A DNA stretch of 62,555 nt, filler included, from Gonapodya sp. JEL0774 (taxonomy: Eukaryota): assembly GCA_027604505.1 (NCBI GenBank). It is 34 parts of 34 records of this genome, joined end to end, with 100 filler letters (N's around TTAATTAATTAA, not from the genome) between each part and the next. Parts side by side here need not be neighbours in the genome. Positions count along the whole stretch, not along the records: positions 24,052 to 25,797 come from JADIIX010002673.1; positions 25,898 to 27,642 come from JADIIX010002674.1; positions 27,743 to 29,485 come from JADIIX010002675.1; positions 29,586 to 31,327 come from JADIIX010002676.1; positions 31,428 to 33,168 come from JADIIX010002677.1; positions 33,269 to 35,008 come from JADIIX010002678.1; positions 35,109 to 36,847 come from JADIIX010002679.1; 27 more parts are not named here. One strand, written 5' to 3'. Shown here piece after piece: positions 24,052 to 36,245 of this stretch (positions are counted from its first letter, which is position 1; each line of letters begins with the position of its first letter). The translations under genes were made by a program, and so were the position numbers. The notes beneath the pieces were generated by a model, which had not been told where the DNA came from, did not search any database, and saw only the letters and a list, made by a program, of their open reading frames with translations.

Positions 24052-25797
24052 TCCAGGAGCTTGAGGTTTGGCAGCTTAGCCAAAGAAGGAGGGATCGGGC
24101 CGGTGAGCCCGGGGTTGTCCCGCATGCCAAATCGAACGAGCGTTGTCATAGTTCCCACGCATTCGGGAATAGTACCGGAGAACGTGGGCATTGCCGAAAT
24201 GGTGAGGAACTGCATCTTCTTGAACTTGCATATCGAAGGAGGGAGAGGTCCCGTCAGAGAGTTGAGGCCGAGATAGAGAGTGTCCAGCTGATCGAACTCG
24301 TCAGCGAGCTTGTCGACAAGGCTTGCTAAAGTACCAGTGAGGCCCATCGAGCGAAGGTCCAGACCGCGAATATTTCCTTCTGCGCAATCGGCGTAGCTGC
24401 AGTAAATAAGAAGATCGTTAGCTCTTCCGCCATCTGTGTGTCGCTCCTGTACATAAGGGAAATCGCTCACCCTGAGTTGCAACAATCGTCACCGAAATAC
24501 ACAGTTGGGAACAGGTTCTTGAGTGTGGCGCAATCTTGTCGTGTATTGCTCGAGCTTGGACCGCAGAGTTGCTTGCTCGGATCCCACTGGTTTTGGATCA
24601 AGAATTTGCGACCGTTCCATTCATTGTTGTAGAAAACGCCGTCCCGTAGATTGCAGTCACCATAGGTGTCTACAAAAGCAAGAGTACTTGAGATTTTCAA
24701 TTCATCAACAATCTCAATAAGAGAAAGTATGTGACCAACTCACAAGCACAGTTGTCGGCTGCATTGGTGAGCGACACGAACGCAAGGCGGTTGCAAGTGG
24801 AACGGTGCATGCGGATGATTGGACGCACCAACAATTGGAGGGGTAACCAATACTCACCATTCTCTTCGCCGTCATTGGTTCCATCGGGAAGATCATTCCA
24901 CGCCGTTGTGGATGGGTCGGTGTCCTGGAAGGCGCAGAAAAAATCAGCATGCGCCATGGGTGACGGCTGTGTGCACAGGGACATGCACGTCTCAGAGCCT
25001 CAACTCACAGGGTTTGAAGATGCTTCGGCAATCTCGTGCGCAATGGGGCTGAGCATTGAGTCGACACCGGGGTTGCCATTTGGGGATTTCAAGAAGTTGT
25101 GACTACCGCACGAGAACAGTCCGTTGGGACCGCATGCAACTGGATTCCCAATGAAAGCATAGATGAAGTCGGGAGACGTCAGGTCGATGCCGGTGGAAAG
25201 GCCGTTTTGCTTGGCGTAGATCTGGTCCGACAGCGCTGACGTGTGCCCTGCAGATATGAATTGACAACTAGGTGAAGTGATCAACCGGAGTTAAAAGAAG
25301 CTTCAAACAACCCACATCCACAATACGACGTGCAGAAGTTTCCCTCGATTGTCTGCTCGTCGGTGAGAAGAAGGTAGATTCCATCCAGATCGACAGGTAG
25401 TTCTCCCTTGCGAATGTGATCTTGAACTGCAACATTGATGGGGGTACACAGAGAAGTTTTAGTGATTGACATCACGTTCTTGAAGCACAGAAAACTGGTA
25501 CTCACTGATAAGAAGCACCTCGTCGAAGTTACTGGTGGTCGCTGCGTTGAGAAACTTGCCCATCGAATAGTTCGGATCTGTTGTCGTCGCCCCGAGCTTC
25601 ACTGTTTGCGTGACTTTGCGCTTGACGGAAGGCCCGTAAGTTGTGTTGTCGAAGTTATAGTATCTGAATCAACGGATGTCATTCAGATTTCAGTTGGGGT
25701 CAACAGAACCGATACAGCGCACAATCACTCACTTCGAGGTAATGTCCCAAAAATCACTTGAATCAAGACCGCGGATAAAATCTTTAACAATCGCCTG
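24052..25797 (-). CDS. PHI-1/EXORDIUM-like domain fused to plant-type LRRs, partial at both ends
   Basis: GIYLLLTD..FCTSYCG|H, YAFIGNP, SPNGNPGVDSM..IAHEIAEASSNP and GRKFLIQNQWDP. These are followed by a DC...DCC cap and repeats LYLGLNSLTGPLPPSI, FSGTIPECVG and NPGLTGPIPPSL. Confidence 0.8.
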
Positions 25798-25897
25798 NNN
25801 NNNNNNNNNNNNNNNNNNNNNNNNNNNNNNNNNNNNNNNNNTTAATTAATTAANNNNNNNNNNNNNNNNNNNNNNNNNNNNNNNNNNNNNNNNNNNN

Positions 25898-26563
25898 CTT
25901 GGTGGTGATGGTCTTTGCGCGTGCAGGCCGCCAAGGAGTTGCCCAAGGCGGGTTTTTTTTTCCTAACCCTAACCCTAACCCTAAGGGCCGGTCGCGTGGG
26001 ATGGACGGGGAGGAGGCGGCACTGGTGAGAATAAGTGCGCGCTGCCGTGGATCGACCTTGGCTCCGAGGAAGGCACTCGGGAGCACGATGCCGTCATCTT
26101 GCTGGGATACGGGGACCCGCTTGCCATCCATGGTCTGGCGGAGCAGCTTAGCTGCGGAGGACCGAGGGGGGGCAGAGGCGGCTTCGGCGGCTTTGCGCGC
26201 CTGAAGGGCCCGGTACTTGCGGTCCTTCTCCTTCTGCGCTTGGTCGCGCGCATCATCTGCAAGCGCCTGAGACTTAGGCGCGAGGGGCTAGAAGAAGAGA
26301 CCGGGGGCGTCAGCAATATGTACGGAGGTGTGGGAGCGCGAAAGTGCGGGGCACCCGATGGGAACACTCACCGCAGAGGAAGAAGAAGCCGGTCCATGGG
26401 ACGCAAGGGCTTCCTTGGCGGCCTTAGAGGCGACTTGAGCCAAGAGTTCTTCCAGGTCGGAGCGAGACATAGAGACGTCATCGCTCCGAGCCTTTGAGCG
26501 GGGTGGTTGCTCCTCTGGGGGAGGAGACGTGTCGCGGTCACGCTTGCCAGAATGTTGAGACAT
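25898..26563 (-). CDS. Hypothetical low-complexity protein in a GC-rich contig, 3'-partial
   Basis: MSQHSGKRDRDTSPPP...SSSA|PLAPKSQALADDARDQ...MDGKRVP, joined by a GTGAGT...TAG intron. Confidence 0.4.
25962..25984. repeat. Short telomere-type repeat, about (CCCTAA)4, preceded by T9
   Basis: TTTTTTTTT CCTAACCCTAACCCTAACCCTAA is read directly in the sequence. Confidence 0.75.
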
Positions 26564-27742
26564 GATCTGGGAGGGACGGGACAGGGTCAGACGAAGTGAA
26601 AACTCGAATGACAACGGGGAACGCGCAGAACGGGGCCGGCGAGGGGTGCCGGCGTGGTTAGTACGCATGCCCGTGTAGAGCAACAGTGTGAGGAGCGGTC
26701 TGGCACATCGCGGGGAAAAACGCGCAGCGTTTCCCCCATGGATGGTGCTTGCCAGAGGCGGGACCGGGGTGATGAGACCCCATGTCCACACGCTCAACCA
26801 AAAACGCTCGAGCCCCTTCCCAGGGCAAGAGCGATTTGGTTTGCACTTGCCGAATGGTTGAGTCTCGCAGAGACAAAACCCCGGCAGTGCGGTGCCGGAG
26901 GGACGCAGTCCCAACGGGTTGGGCGAGAAGCCCGCGCCCAAAAGGCGCGGGCGGCCCAAGGGAACGCCCCAGCCACACACCAAAAGTGTGGGGGTGGGGC
27001 GGATCCCGCCCGCGCCAGCCCCGAAGGGCTGGGCGGGGTCCCGAGCGTCCCGGAGCACCTCAGAGGGGTGGCGGGCGAACGGGCGCTCGAAGGGCCGATG
27101 GCCCAACAAGCGTGCCTGCAGACCAGAGCTCTAGTGAGCCGTGGTCTGGGGGCGGCGGAGCGGCTGATCCTTGCAAAGGAAAAGCCGTTCCGGGGCAGTG
27201 GCAAGAGCCACTGCCCCAAAGCCCCGCGGGGACGTTGGCGACCATTCGCCACATCTCGCACACACCGTAGGTATGTGGCATTGTGCTGTAGCGGCGAGAA
27301 GCCGCTACCGCGCGCCCTCGTGACCGGATGGGGTCACAAGTCGAAAATCGACAGCGTCGAAGACGCCGTCGATCATCGAATCGGTCAGTAAAACTGAAAC
27401 CGAAGGGCTGCGCGTCGACAACATACCTTAATGAACAGGAATCCACGCCCCCAGCGGGGGGATCCATGTCCGGAGGGCTTCCCGGCGACCGATGGAATAT
27501 GGGGAGGTGGCGGGAGCCTTCGAGGGGAAGAAAAGGGGCGGCACCCCCCGCCAACCAGGCGATTACGATCGCCATGGTGGGCAGCGCGGACTTACCGTGC
27601 TGGAAGGTGTCGAAAATGGGGCCCAGTCGGGATAAATGACCGNNNNNNNNNNNNNNNNNNNNNNNNNNNNNNNNNNNNNNNNNNNNTTAATTAATTAANN
27701 NNNNNNNNNNNNNNNNNNNNNNNNNNNNNNNNNNNNNNNNNN

Positions 27743-29413
27743 TGCACGTATAACTAATGATACTACAGAGGTCCAGGAAGGAATAGGAACGAAAGTAATT
27801 GTTGCCTCAAGTGGTCGGACCGTAACCTGTTGTTAAGCCCCAAATCACTCCGACAGATATCACAAACCATTCAGTACGTGACAACGTTTTTGGCTGGTAT
27901 CATTCTTGGTTTCACTCAGGGGTGGTGAGTTTCATGAATGCTCGTGTCTGGAAAATGAATATTCGAAAGAACGTTGCACTTTTGAACAGGAAGTTATCTC
28001 TCGTAATAATGTCCACTCTTCCCCTTCTTGGTGTTGCTGGTTACCTTATTTCGTGGATTGTTCAATCGGGTGCAGGGCTGAACTCAAAAGCTTATGGGAA
28101 AGCGGGAGCAGTTGCAACAGACGCTATCACGTCTATACGGACTGTTGTTGCTTTTGGTGGTGAGGAAAGAGAGGTGGCAAAATATGACAAGTGGCTTGCG
28201 GAGGCGGAGGCAGTTGGGATAAGGTATTCACTGTTGAGGGGTCTGGCTCTCGGCACAGGTAGGTAGTCCCTTTAAAATTGAGGTCGGCTAATGCTTGTTG
28301 AGTCAGAACTTGCTGATGTCCACTACTCTATCCAGTAAACTGCATAGGCCAGCTTTCCGAAGCGCTCGGATACTGGTACGGAGCTGTCTTGCTTTCCACT
28401 GGGAGCTATTCAGCTGGAAACGTATTGGGTGCGTGAGACATCAAATTGATTTTACTGAAACGTCTCATCTCAGTAAAATTGTGTTTCAGCAACACTTGGA
28501 GCCGTCACTGCTGGTGGGCAGAGTCTATTTCAAGTTTCACCTATCGCTCAGTATATTGCCACAGCTCAAGGGGCGGCGTATGAGATTTTTCGGTGAGTTC
28601 GCCACCAGAAGGGGATGTAAATGAATTGCAATCTCGCATGAATAGTGAAACCATCACCGATAGAGTTCTTGATCTTAAGAGTCCGATCGACGCCTTTTCC
28701 GCCATCGGAAAACGACCCAGCTCAGTTGAGGGTCACATCGAGTTCCGCGGTGTCAGTTTTCAGTATCCCAGCCGACCAGATGTCTCTGTTCTAGAAGATT
28801 TTTCACTTGTAGTGGAGGCAGGCACCACCATTGCTTTAGTTGGCGGCTCTGGGAGCGGGAAATCGACAATCGTGAAACTCGTCGAAAGATTCTATGACCC
28901 TTCACGCGGCTCCGTACTCCTCGATGGCACAGACATCAAAGACTTCAACATAAACGTTTTGCGCAGAGCCGTGGGCTTCGTATCACAAGAACCTGTTCTC
29001 TTCAATACGACTATTCTCGAAAATCTTCTCTACGGATTGGACGATTACAGTCGCGCTCAAAAGAGCGATGACGAGATTCGAAAGATCATCGAAGATGCAG
29101 CGGTCATTGCCAACGCGCACACTTTTATCACGGAACTCCCCAACGGCTACGATACGGTTGTCGGTGCTCAAGGGGGACAGCTTTCAGGAGGCCAGAAGCA
29201 GCGCATTGCAATAGGTGAGAAACGTCGGATCCGCCGCTAAAGGCCTTTCACCGAGAGATTCGCTTAATTCCTCCCACCAGCGCGCTCCATCGTTGGAAGT
29301 CCGGTAATTGTGGACTGAAACCTTCAGCATGTTCGGACAATCACTGATCATTTACCTTTCGTCAAGCGTGTTCTCCTCTTGGACGAAGCTACGAGTGCAT
29401 TGGACACTTCAAG
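27743..29413 (+). CDS. ABCB (MDR/P-glycoprotein) transporter, internal fragment
   Basis: TMD motif AYGKAGAVA..AITSIRTVVAFGGE, Walker A GGSGSGKS, Q-loop VSQEPVLF, signature LSGGQKQRIAI and Walker B LLLDEATSALD. Confidence 0.95.
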
Positions 29414-30093
29414 GTTAGTTTTCGGGAGTGAAGAGCACGCAAAGTCGCTATACATCAACCGCACATAAACAATTGTGATCCCCCCNNNNNNNNNNNNNNN
29501 NNNNNNNNNNNNNNNNNNNNNNNNNNNNNTTAATTAATTAANNNNNNNNNNNNNNNNNNNNNNNNNNNNNNNNNNNNNNNNNNNNTCAAGACACCAGACG
29601 ATAGAACCATTGAGATAGGGTGATTATTTGGATGTTGTGTTTCTCGTGGTGCACAAGCCACCCAGACTGACCTCTGACCCTGCGACCGTTTCAGTCTGCA
29701 CATGTCTATTTAGTCCACTTTCACTTTGTATACCACTTTGCAGTTCTCGATTTTTTTTCTTCTCGGTATTATTTTCGGTGCTGCAGATCTGCGTTCACTT
29801 TGACGAAAAACTACCTGCGTGCGTTCTTATCTGGCCTATTCATTTTGCACTATGTAATCAATTCCGACGCGTGGGAATAAATTTTTGTGGTACATTATCA
29901 TGCGGTTTTCATGAGATTGAGCCAGGGCCAGAGATTGATCAGAGCGGAGTCAAGTCCGGAGGCTCTGACAGCTCATTGGGTGGCCAATCCGTAAGGAACC
30001 CAAACTTATCAAAATTACACCAGAAGCTCCAAACCAACAACTCCAAACATTTGAAATTCGTGTTCAAATTGGCAAGGAAGTCGATTCGCAAGG

Positions 30094-31068
30094 ATGATGA
30101 CACATCGCAAGAACTCGCTCAAACATTATGTGAGTATCTGCTTATGAGCTGGACAGCGTGTGGGGACATTCGCCACACCGCGGTGCCTTCGCTGGTTCAA
30201 CTCAACGCACAAAGTAAACGCAAACGCTTTAACAATTCACCGTTACATTCATCATCAGCATTCGGCTCGCCGTTTTACGAAGCACGGGCATCACGGGAGC
30301 GTTGGCTGCGACTCGTCAGACTCCGGCTCCTGGGGCAGCTTGTTCAGCAATCTGTTCATCCACGACGACTCGCTGGACACTGCGTCCACACGCTACGACA
30401 GCGACAACAATAGTGTACGATCAACATTCTCCGGGACCTCTCACGACAGCCAGCGGACTGCTCAGAGCAGCCTATCCCGACCATCATCCCCAGTCTCCCG
30501 CCCGAGCTCCCCTCTCTCTCTCCCTTCCTCCTTGATGGAATCCCCTTCCCCTCTGAGTCTTGGAAAAGCTCTTGAGCACGCAACAAACCCTTTGCCGACG
30601 AGCCGAGCTGCATCTTGCCCCGTGCCTGCCGGCATTGGTGCTCCCTCAATCACCTCTCCCAAACTCAGCACCGCATCCCTTCCCGGTACATCAACAACCC
30701 CTCCTCCGAAACCTACCCCTCCTCCATTGCGAAAGATTTCTCAGGCAGAGCTTTCCGCACATGCGAGCGGGCCCGAGATCTGGATCGCGTACAGAGGAAT
30801 CGTGTACAACATCACGTGTTATTTGAACAAGGTGAGCACCGATGCTTCTATAAAGGTAGTGCAGCCACCTGACGCTTTCTTGGTCCTTTATCAGCATCCC
30901 GGCGGCATCAAGGAACTGATGCGCGGTGCAGGCAAGGATGCCACGCAGTTCATTTACGACGCACACCCCTGGGTGAACATTGAACGCCTTCTCGGAGAAC
31001 AGACCATCATGGGTGTTCTCGAACGGAGCAACAACCCGTTCCTGATCGTGCCTCGGTTGTTCAGTTGA
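30094..31068 (+). CDS. Cytochrome b5-like heme-binding domain protein (Irc21/CYB5R4-type) with Ser/Pro-rich N-terminus
   Basis: ISQAELSAH...WIAYRGIVYNITCYLNK|HPGGIKELMRGAGKDAT...HPWVN. The start position is tentative. Confidence 0.85.
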
Positions 31069-31495
31069 GTTGGGAGAGTCGGCATGTTGTTGGAATGATC
31101 AGACTTTCGTATTTTATACTGCATCACATATGATACTTGTTGATACTGTACATATAAATAGTAAACGTGTAACGGTTCCAAACATAATTTCTGCACGTCG
31201 ATATGCAACAAATTACAAATTGCACAACCACACAACGAGAGCTGCTACTTAACTCTTTCGTCACTCATGTCCACATCCCTCGGCTCCGCCACTCAAGCCT
31301 TCCTCGATGCCCAAACGCGAGCCCAGCNNNNNNNNNNNNNNNNNNNNNNNNNNNNNNNNNNNNNNNNNNNNTTAATTAATTAANNNNNNNNNNNNNNNNN
31401 NNNNNNNNNNNNNNNNNNNNNNNNNNNAACCCATCCATCACAAGTAGAGACTGAAAAGACCTGGCATCTCAATCGTGAAAGTGTGCGTAGTACGC

Positions 31496-32158
31496 TCAAC
31501 GCCTCGTCCTTGACCGCACTCGCTCAAGCTCAGCATGACAGGAATCTAGCTGCGCTTGAAGTCGTCTTATTTTCTGGTGAGGAATTTCAATGTCCGAATC
31601 TTCTTCATAGCTGTTTTCGCTGCCATCCGTCGTGGACATTACCGTCGAATCAAATTCACCGTTGTTGTTTACCACAGGGCGACTGCTGTATACTGCAGAG
31701 TGACTACTGTTTCCTGCAGAGCGACTGCTGTTTTCCTGCGAAGGGGCAGGGTCTGTCGGATACCACTCCCATTGCCCATGTCCTCCAATCTTAGACAGCC
31801 ACCAGGATCCATTTGGAGCCTCTTTCACCCTACCCGGACAATCGGCGGGGTTGAAGCGCGGCTTGTTTATACGCCTGCTGTTGGGAATTTCTGTACACTC
31901 TCGATCAGCACGGCCTGGTGGCGAGCCTTTGCGATTGGGATTGCGTAACCACATCTGTTTTTGCTCGACTGTCGGGGTATATCGCACTAATGCACATCGG
32001 CCGCCTTCCTTTCGCACAAATGTGCCGTCTTGACAGCGAGTCATTTCTATCCATTTCCATCCGTCGTTTTCAGTCTCATGGGCTTCGTACCACTTGTTAT
32101 CAAACCTTTGTGGGCCTGCTAAGGAAAAATTGTGTGCAGTGCTATCTTTAGGAGCCAT
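31496..32158 (-). CDS. Hypothetical protein (220 aa)
   Basis: Uninterrupted ATG-started ORF with a Trp-rich globular segment and a C-terminal coiled coil. Confidence 0.45.
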   Translation of the reverse strand: MAPKDSTAHNFSLAGPQRFDNKWYEAHETENDGWKWIEMTRCQDGTFVRKEGGRCALVRYTPTVEQKQMWLRNPNRKGSPPGRADRECTEIPNSRRINKPRFNPADCPGRVKEAPNGSWWLSKIGGHGQWEWYPTDPAPSQENSSRSAGNSSHSAVYSSRPVVNNNGEFDSTVMSTTDGSENSYEEDSDIEIPHQKIRRLQAQLDSCHAELERVRSRTRR

Positions 32159-32912
32159 AATATTTGCTCTCTTCCTCCGACTCTATTTTATTTTCCATCG
32201 CTTCGTCAGATGCAACTGGATCGCGCCATGTTACCTTGAACGTGCGGGACCCATTGTCTTCCAATGTCTCTTTTTCTTCCGCGTTGGCTTGCTCCGCCCG
32301 AAAACGCCTCATCATCGTCCCAGGGCTCACATCCCGCTTGAAAGCACGAGTAGCAGCAGAAGCGGCTCGAATGCTTTTTGAGGTACACGTCCAGCCCACA
32401 GCTGGAATTCCAGATTGCCCGGAGGGTTCCGTCGATGGTACTGGCAAGACTCTCACTGGAGGACCAAGCCCTTTTCCGCGAGCAGGGCTGTATGAGGGGA
32501 GAGGCGCCGCGTATAACTGCAACGACGTCGAGTCCAACAGAGTCGCGCTTGTGGTATCTGGTGCCGTTGATACCGTTTCAGATTCAGGCTGTGGTAACGA
32601 CGTCGAAGAACACGAGCTGGTGATGCATAGCGACGCAGAGGACGGCGGCGGAGACCGTGTTGATTGTGGCTGGAAGATTGTTGGTGGCAGTCCCAGGCAT
32701 CCTTCGAGGGTGTTGAGAAAAGGCACATAGATGGCATCGAGGTCACTCATGTCTGGTGGAACGTTTTCCTGTCCTGATTGCATGACACTGTGTCGTACTC
32801 GGTCGACAGAGAACATCATTACGGTGTCCAAAAGACATGACATTTGACGAAGGTACTCCACACAGTCACACGAGTCAATCGCGATTCGTCTTGGAATTCT
32901 CGCTTCAATCAC
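32148..32912 (-). CDS. Hypothetical protein (up to 254 aa)
   Basis: Long ORF overlapping the start of the next ORF by 11 nt. The two may be a single spliced gene. Confidence 0.4.
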   Translation of the reverse strand: MIEARIPRRIAIDSCDCVEYLRQMSCLLDTVMMFSVDRVRHSVMQSGQENVPPDMSDLDAIYVPFLNTLEGCLGLPPTIFQPQSTRSPPPSSASLCITSSCSSTSLPQPESETVSTAPDTTSATLLDSTSLQLYAAPLPSYSPARGKGLGPPVRVLPVPSTEPSGQSGIPAVGWTCTSKSIRAASAATRAFKRDVSPGTMMRRFRAEQANAEEKETLEDNGSRTFKVTWRDPVASDEAMENKIESEEESKYYGS

Positions 32913-34690
32913 TCACTGCCTGATATCTTCGCTCGTTGTCAGTCGACTCGGAACGCCATGTATCCATCCCATTGGCTCCTCTCAAAGCTTCCGAAGCTTT
33001 CTTCAATTCCAAATCGAAGTGTTGGCGAAGAACATCTTTTGATCTACCTAGAATGTCCAGGAATGTTGGGAAGAGAGCGCATCGTTGAAACCCAGTCATC
33101 TTCAATGCAGTGTCGATGGTGGGCCTGAGTTTGGGCTTGCATGGACTTGGACTTGCGTCGACAGTCGGNNNNNNNNNNNNNNNNNNNNNNNNNNNNNNNN
33201 NNNNNNNNNNNNTTAATTAATTAANNNNNNNNNNNNNNNNNNNNNNNNNNNNNNNNNNNNNNNNNNNNACCAGTTTCAGCAACGCAACGATTCCACACGA
33301 GCAAGGATTGGAGTTTAACAGTCCGAGAGCCACGAAAAGCATCCATAGAATTCGTCGTTGGAAGGCATAATCACCATTCATTCCATACATTCCCGGCTGT
33401 CCAGAAGGGTTTCCCATTTGCCCATTCTGTGCTGGCTGCGGATACTGAGATGGCGCACCAGCGTATGGAAGCGACATCGCGGAATTTGGTCCAGTTCTAA
33501 GGATGGCCGGTTGCCGGGGACGTTCACGGGTGAATGGCGTGGCAACCTATTATGGAATCACGCGAGGCCCATGCGTTGGGCAAAGACTGCCATTCGATTT
33601 GTACGGTCAGCGATTACATAAAGGAGTTAGTTCCACAGTAATTGGCATACTTGCAATGCAATTCTAATCAGTTTTGGTCCTTATGAGTGAGCAGCGTCGC
33701 CCAACTGCCGACAGCTTGTCGAATGGTAAGCGAAGCAGTCCACCGCACAAAAATCGCAAATTTCAGTGCTTGGTCGCTGGTCGCCAACTCTTATCGCTGA
33801 AAATCTATAAAGGTAGATTTCGGTGGTCGTTGCGTCTCGTGATGATCATGATGACGCCGGCACATGATCCTCAAATAAAAACAGACGCAGTTGTCAGAGA
33901 TTCACAGATTTCTCGTGCTTTACGGAGGGCTTTCGCTTAGCCCGCATATTCTCAACATTTCTCTGATGAGCCTTTCTAGTGGCGCGAGCGGCAACCTTAG
34001 TTCACGCTTCATAGTTCGGGCACTGACATCCCACATTCTGTTCTCCCGATGAGGCCGATCACGTAAGTCCGGCATCTCGGTAGATGTATGAGAGCTCTTT
34101 CTTCGTTTTAGGTATGCTGGTGCGAGGCAGTGGTCGGTTCGTGAGCATACATTTGCAGAGGATTTCACACGTTCAGATCCAATACAGGGGACACCTGCTC
34201 CTTCACTCAACTGAAAAATGCTCTTAACCTCTCCTGATCGGGCGTCAAGCTCTTTGTTGTCAGTGTTTGCAGCCGGCCTCCATGGAAGTTGCTCGTGCAA
34301 CACGATGCAAACGTGCTCAGTCCCGCACGTGGACGGTTGGCAGTGCTGTTGTCGTTTTAACAAGTGATTTTGAGGTGGTGTATGAGTGAGGATGTTCCAT
34401 TTCAATACAAACTTCGCTGCGGCGGCCTCCTGTCAGTCTGCACGGCTGAGATGGACCAAGTCAGCTCAGCTGTCCAAAAACCGAAGCTGCGCTCCCCGCC
34501 GCACATTGGGATTCCCTTGGGCTATTTGATTTTTGAAAACAGGAGCTCAGCCCCTCGAGTGCATTCCGTTAGATCCTCTGTCGTCACCGGGTGTCCTTCC
34601 GGACGTCGTGGTTTTCCAACGTCATTCAAATATCCCACCTGTCGACTTCGCTCCCGGAAAACCCCCTTCGTTTCGACGCCGTGTGGAGCG

Positions 34691-35008
34691 ATGTCAGACC
34701 CTTTGCAACTTGAATCAGAATCAGAGGAGTCGTCCATGCGGGTGAAAGTCTACGTTCTTTCAGACGACGGAAACTGGGACGACCAAGGCACAGGATTCGT
34801 CTCTATCCAGTTCAACGACGTGAGTGACGCTTGAGCACGTAACATACTCACTGTTACTGCCACGCTAACGGAATCAAACCTGTTGGAATTGTCTTCATTC
34901 GGATCGCCGTTATTGATACAAGGCAAAGGATGGTTACTTTCTGGTGGTCAATCGCGAAACCGAATCTCCCGGACCTGCAAGGGTCATTCTCAATTCTCGA
35001 ATAGTCGA
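34691..35008 (+). CDS. PSY2: PP4 regulatory subunit 3 (Psy2/SMEK), N-terminal EVH1 domain, 3'-partial
   Basis: MRVKVYVLSDDGNWDDQGTGFV matches the PP4R3 pattern RVKVYxLxxxxxWxDxGTG. Confidence 0.8.
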
Positions 35009-35108
35009 NNNNNNNNNNNNNNNNNNNNNNNNNNNNNNNNNNNNNNNNNNNNTTAATTAATTAANNNNNNNNNNNNNNNNNNNNNNNNNNNNNNNNNNNN
35101 NNNNNNNN

Positions 35109-36245
35109 GGATTTCTTTAGAGCTCGTCCAGGAAATCACCGCTTTTGGGGGAAAGGCCATTTGGGTTCCACTGTGAGCATTCTGACACAGCGACTCGACG
35201 AAGCAGTTCCTCTGACTGCCACACAATTCCATTTCCATCTCACGATCCTAGTGACGTAACCAGTGAAGAACAGTGGGAGAAGGCAGTAGAGCAGTGAGTG
35301 ATGTGGAATGTATTATATGCTCTGCCTTACGACACTCGGAACTAACTTCCCGACTGATACATTTTACAGAGTCGAATCTGAACTGTAATTACTTCACGCA
35401 TCGGCGAGTCTCTTGAGTTTTCCTTGACCCACCGTATTCTGTCTTGCGTGATAGTGGAGTGCTCGATGTGCTTGTGAACAACGCCGGCATCGGCGGACCG
35501 TCGGAACCTGCCGCCGGTGGCATTGAGAACCTGCCACTGGAGAGCTGGCGTGCAACGCAAAGGGTGAACACGGAGGGGGTGTTCTTGGGTCATAAGGTGC
35601 GTATACAATGGACATGGGGGTATTCTCGGTTTCCACGACATTATATTGATCAACTATAATTGCCTCTACCTCACCACTCACCAATGCAACCAGTACGCCA
35701 TCAAATCTATGAAAAAGAACACCGCATCTGTGAGGTGATCGCTAAGTGTCACTTCGCGATCACAAATATTGACCATCTTCTCTTGTACCAGGAAGCGTGC
35801 TCGATTGTCAACATGTCGTCCCGTGCGGGACTCTCTGGAGGCTCCATGCTTGTGTCGTACAGTGCATCCAAATGGGCTGTCCGCGGAATGACCAAGAGCA
35901 TTGCGGCATACTGCAGTGAGAAGGGCTACAAGATCCGAGTGAACTCTGTACACCCTGGTCAGTTGATTCCACTAACCGCTTAGCTTGATGACTATCTGAC
36001 CATTTGATGTCGCTGTTAACGGGACAGGAGTCATTATAACCGATATGACAAGGACAACTGACCGTGGCGCCGGATGGTTTAGCAAAGAGGACAAACCTGT
36101 CAGCGAAGCGATCGAAAAAGTCAGCTTGCTCAATCGGTCAGCTGAGGCCAAGGAGGTAGCGAATTTGGTTCTGTTCCTTTCGAGTGACGAATCGAGCTAC
36201 TCCAACGCATCGGAGTTTGTTGTGGACGGAGGGTGGAGGAACTAG
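35109..36245 (+). CDS. Classical short-chain dehydrogenase/reductase, 5'-partial
   Basis: LDVLVNNAGIG, SIVNMSSRAG, catalytic YSASK, IRVNSVHPG and EFVVDGG. Confidence 0.92.

Noticed and set aside
26099..27642. Numerous long overlapping ORFs on both strands
   Set aside because: These are expected from high GC content and few stop codons. The translations are low-complexity with no domain motifs.
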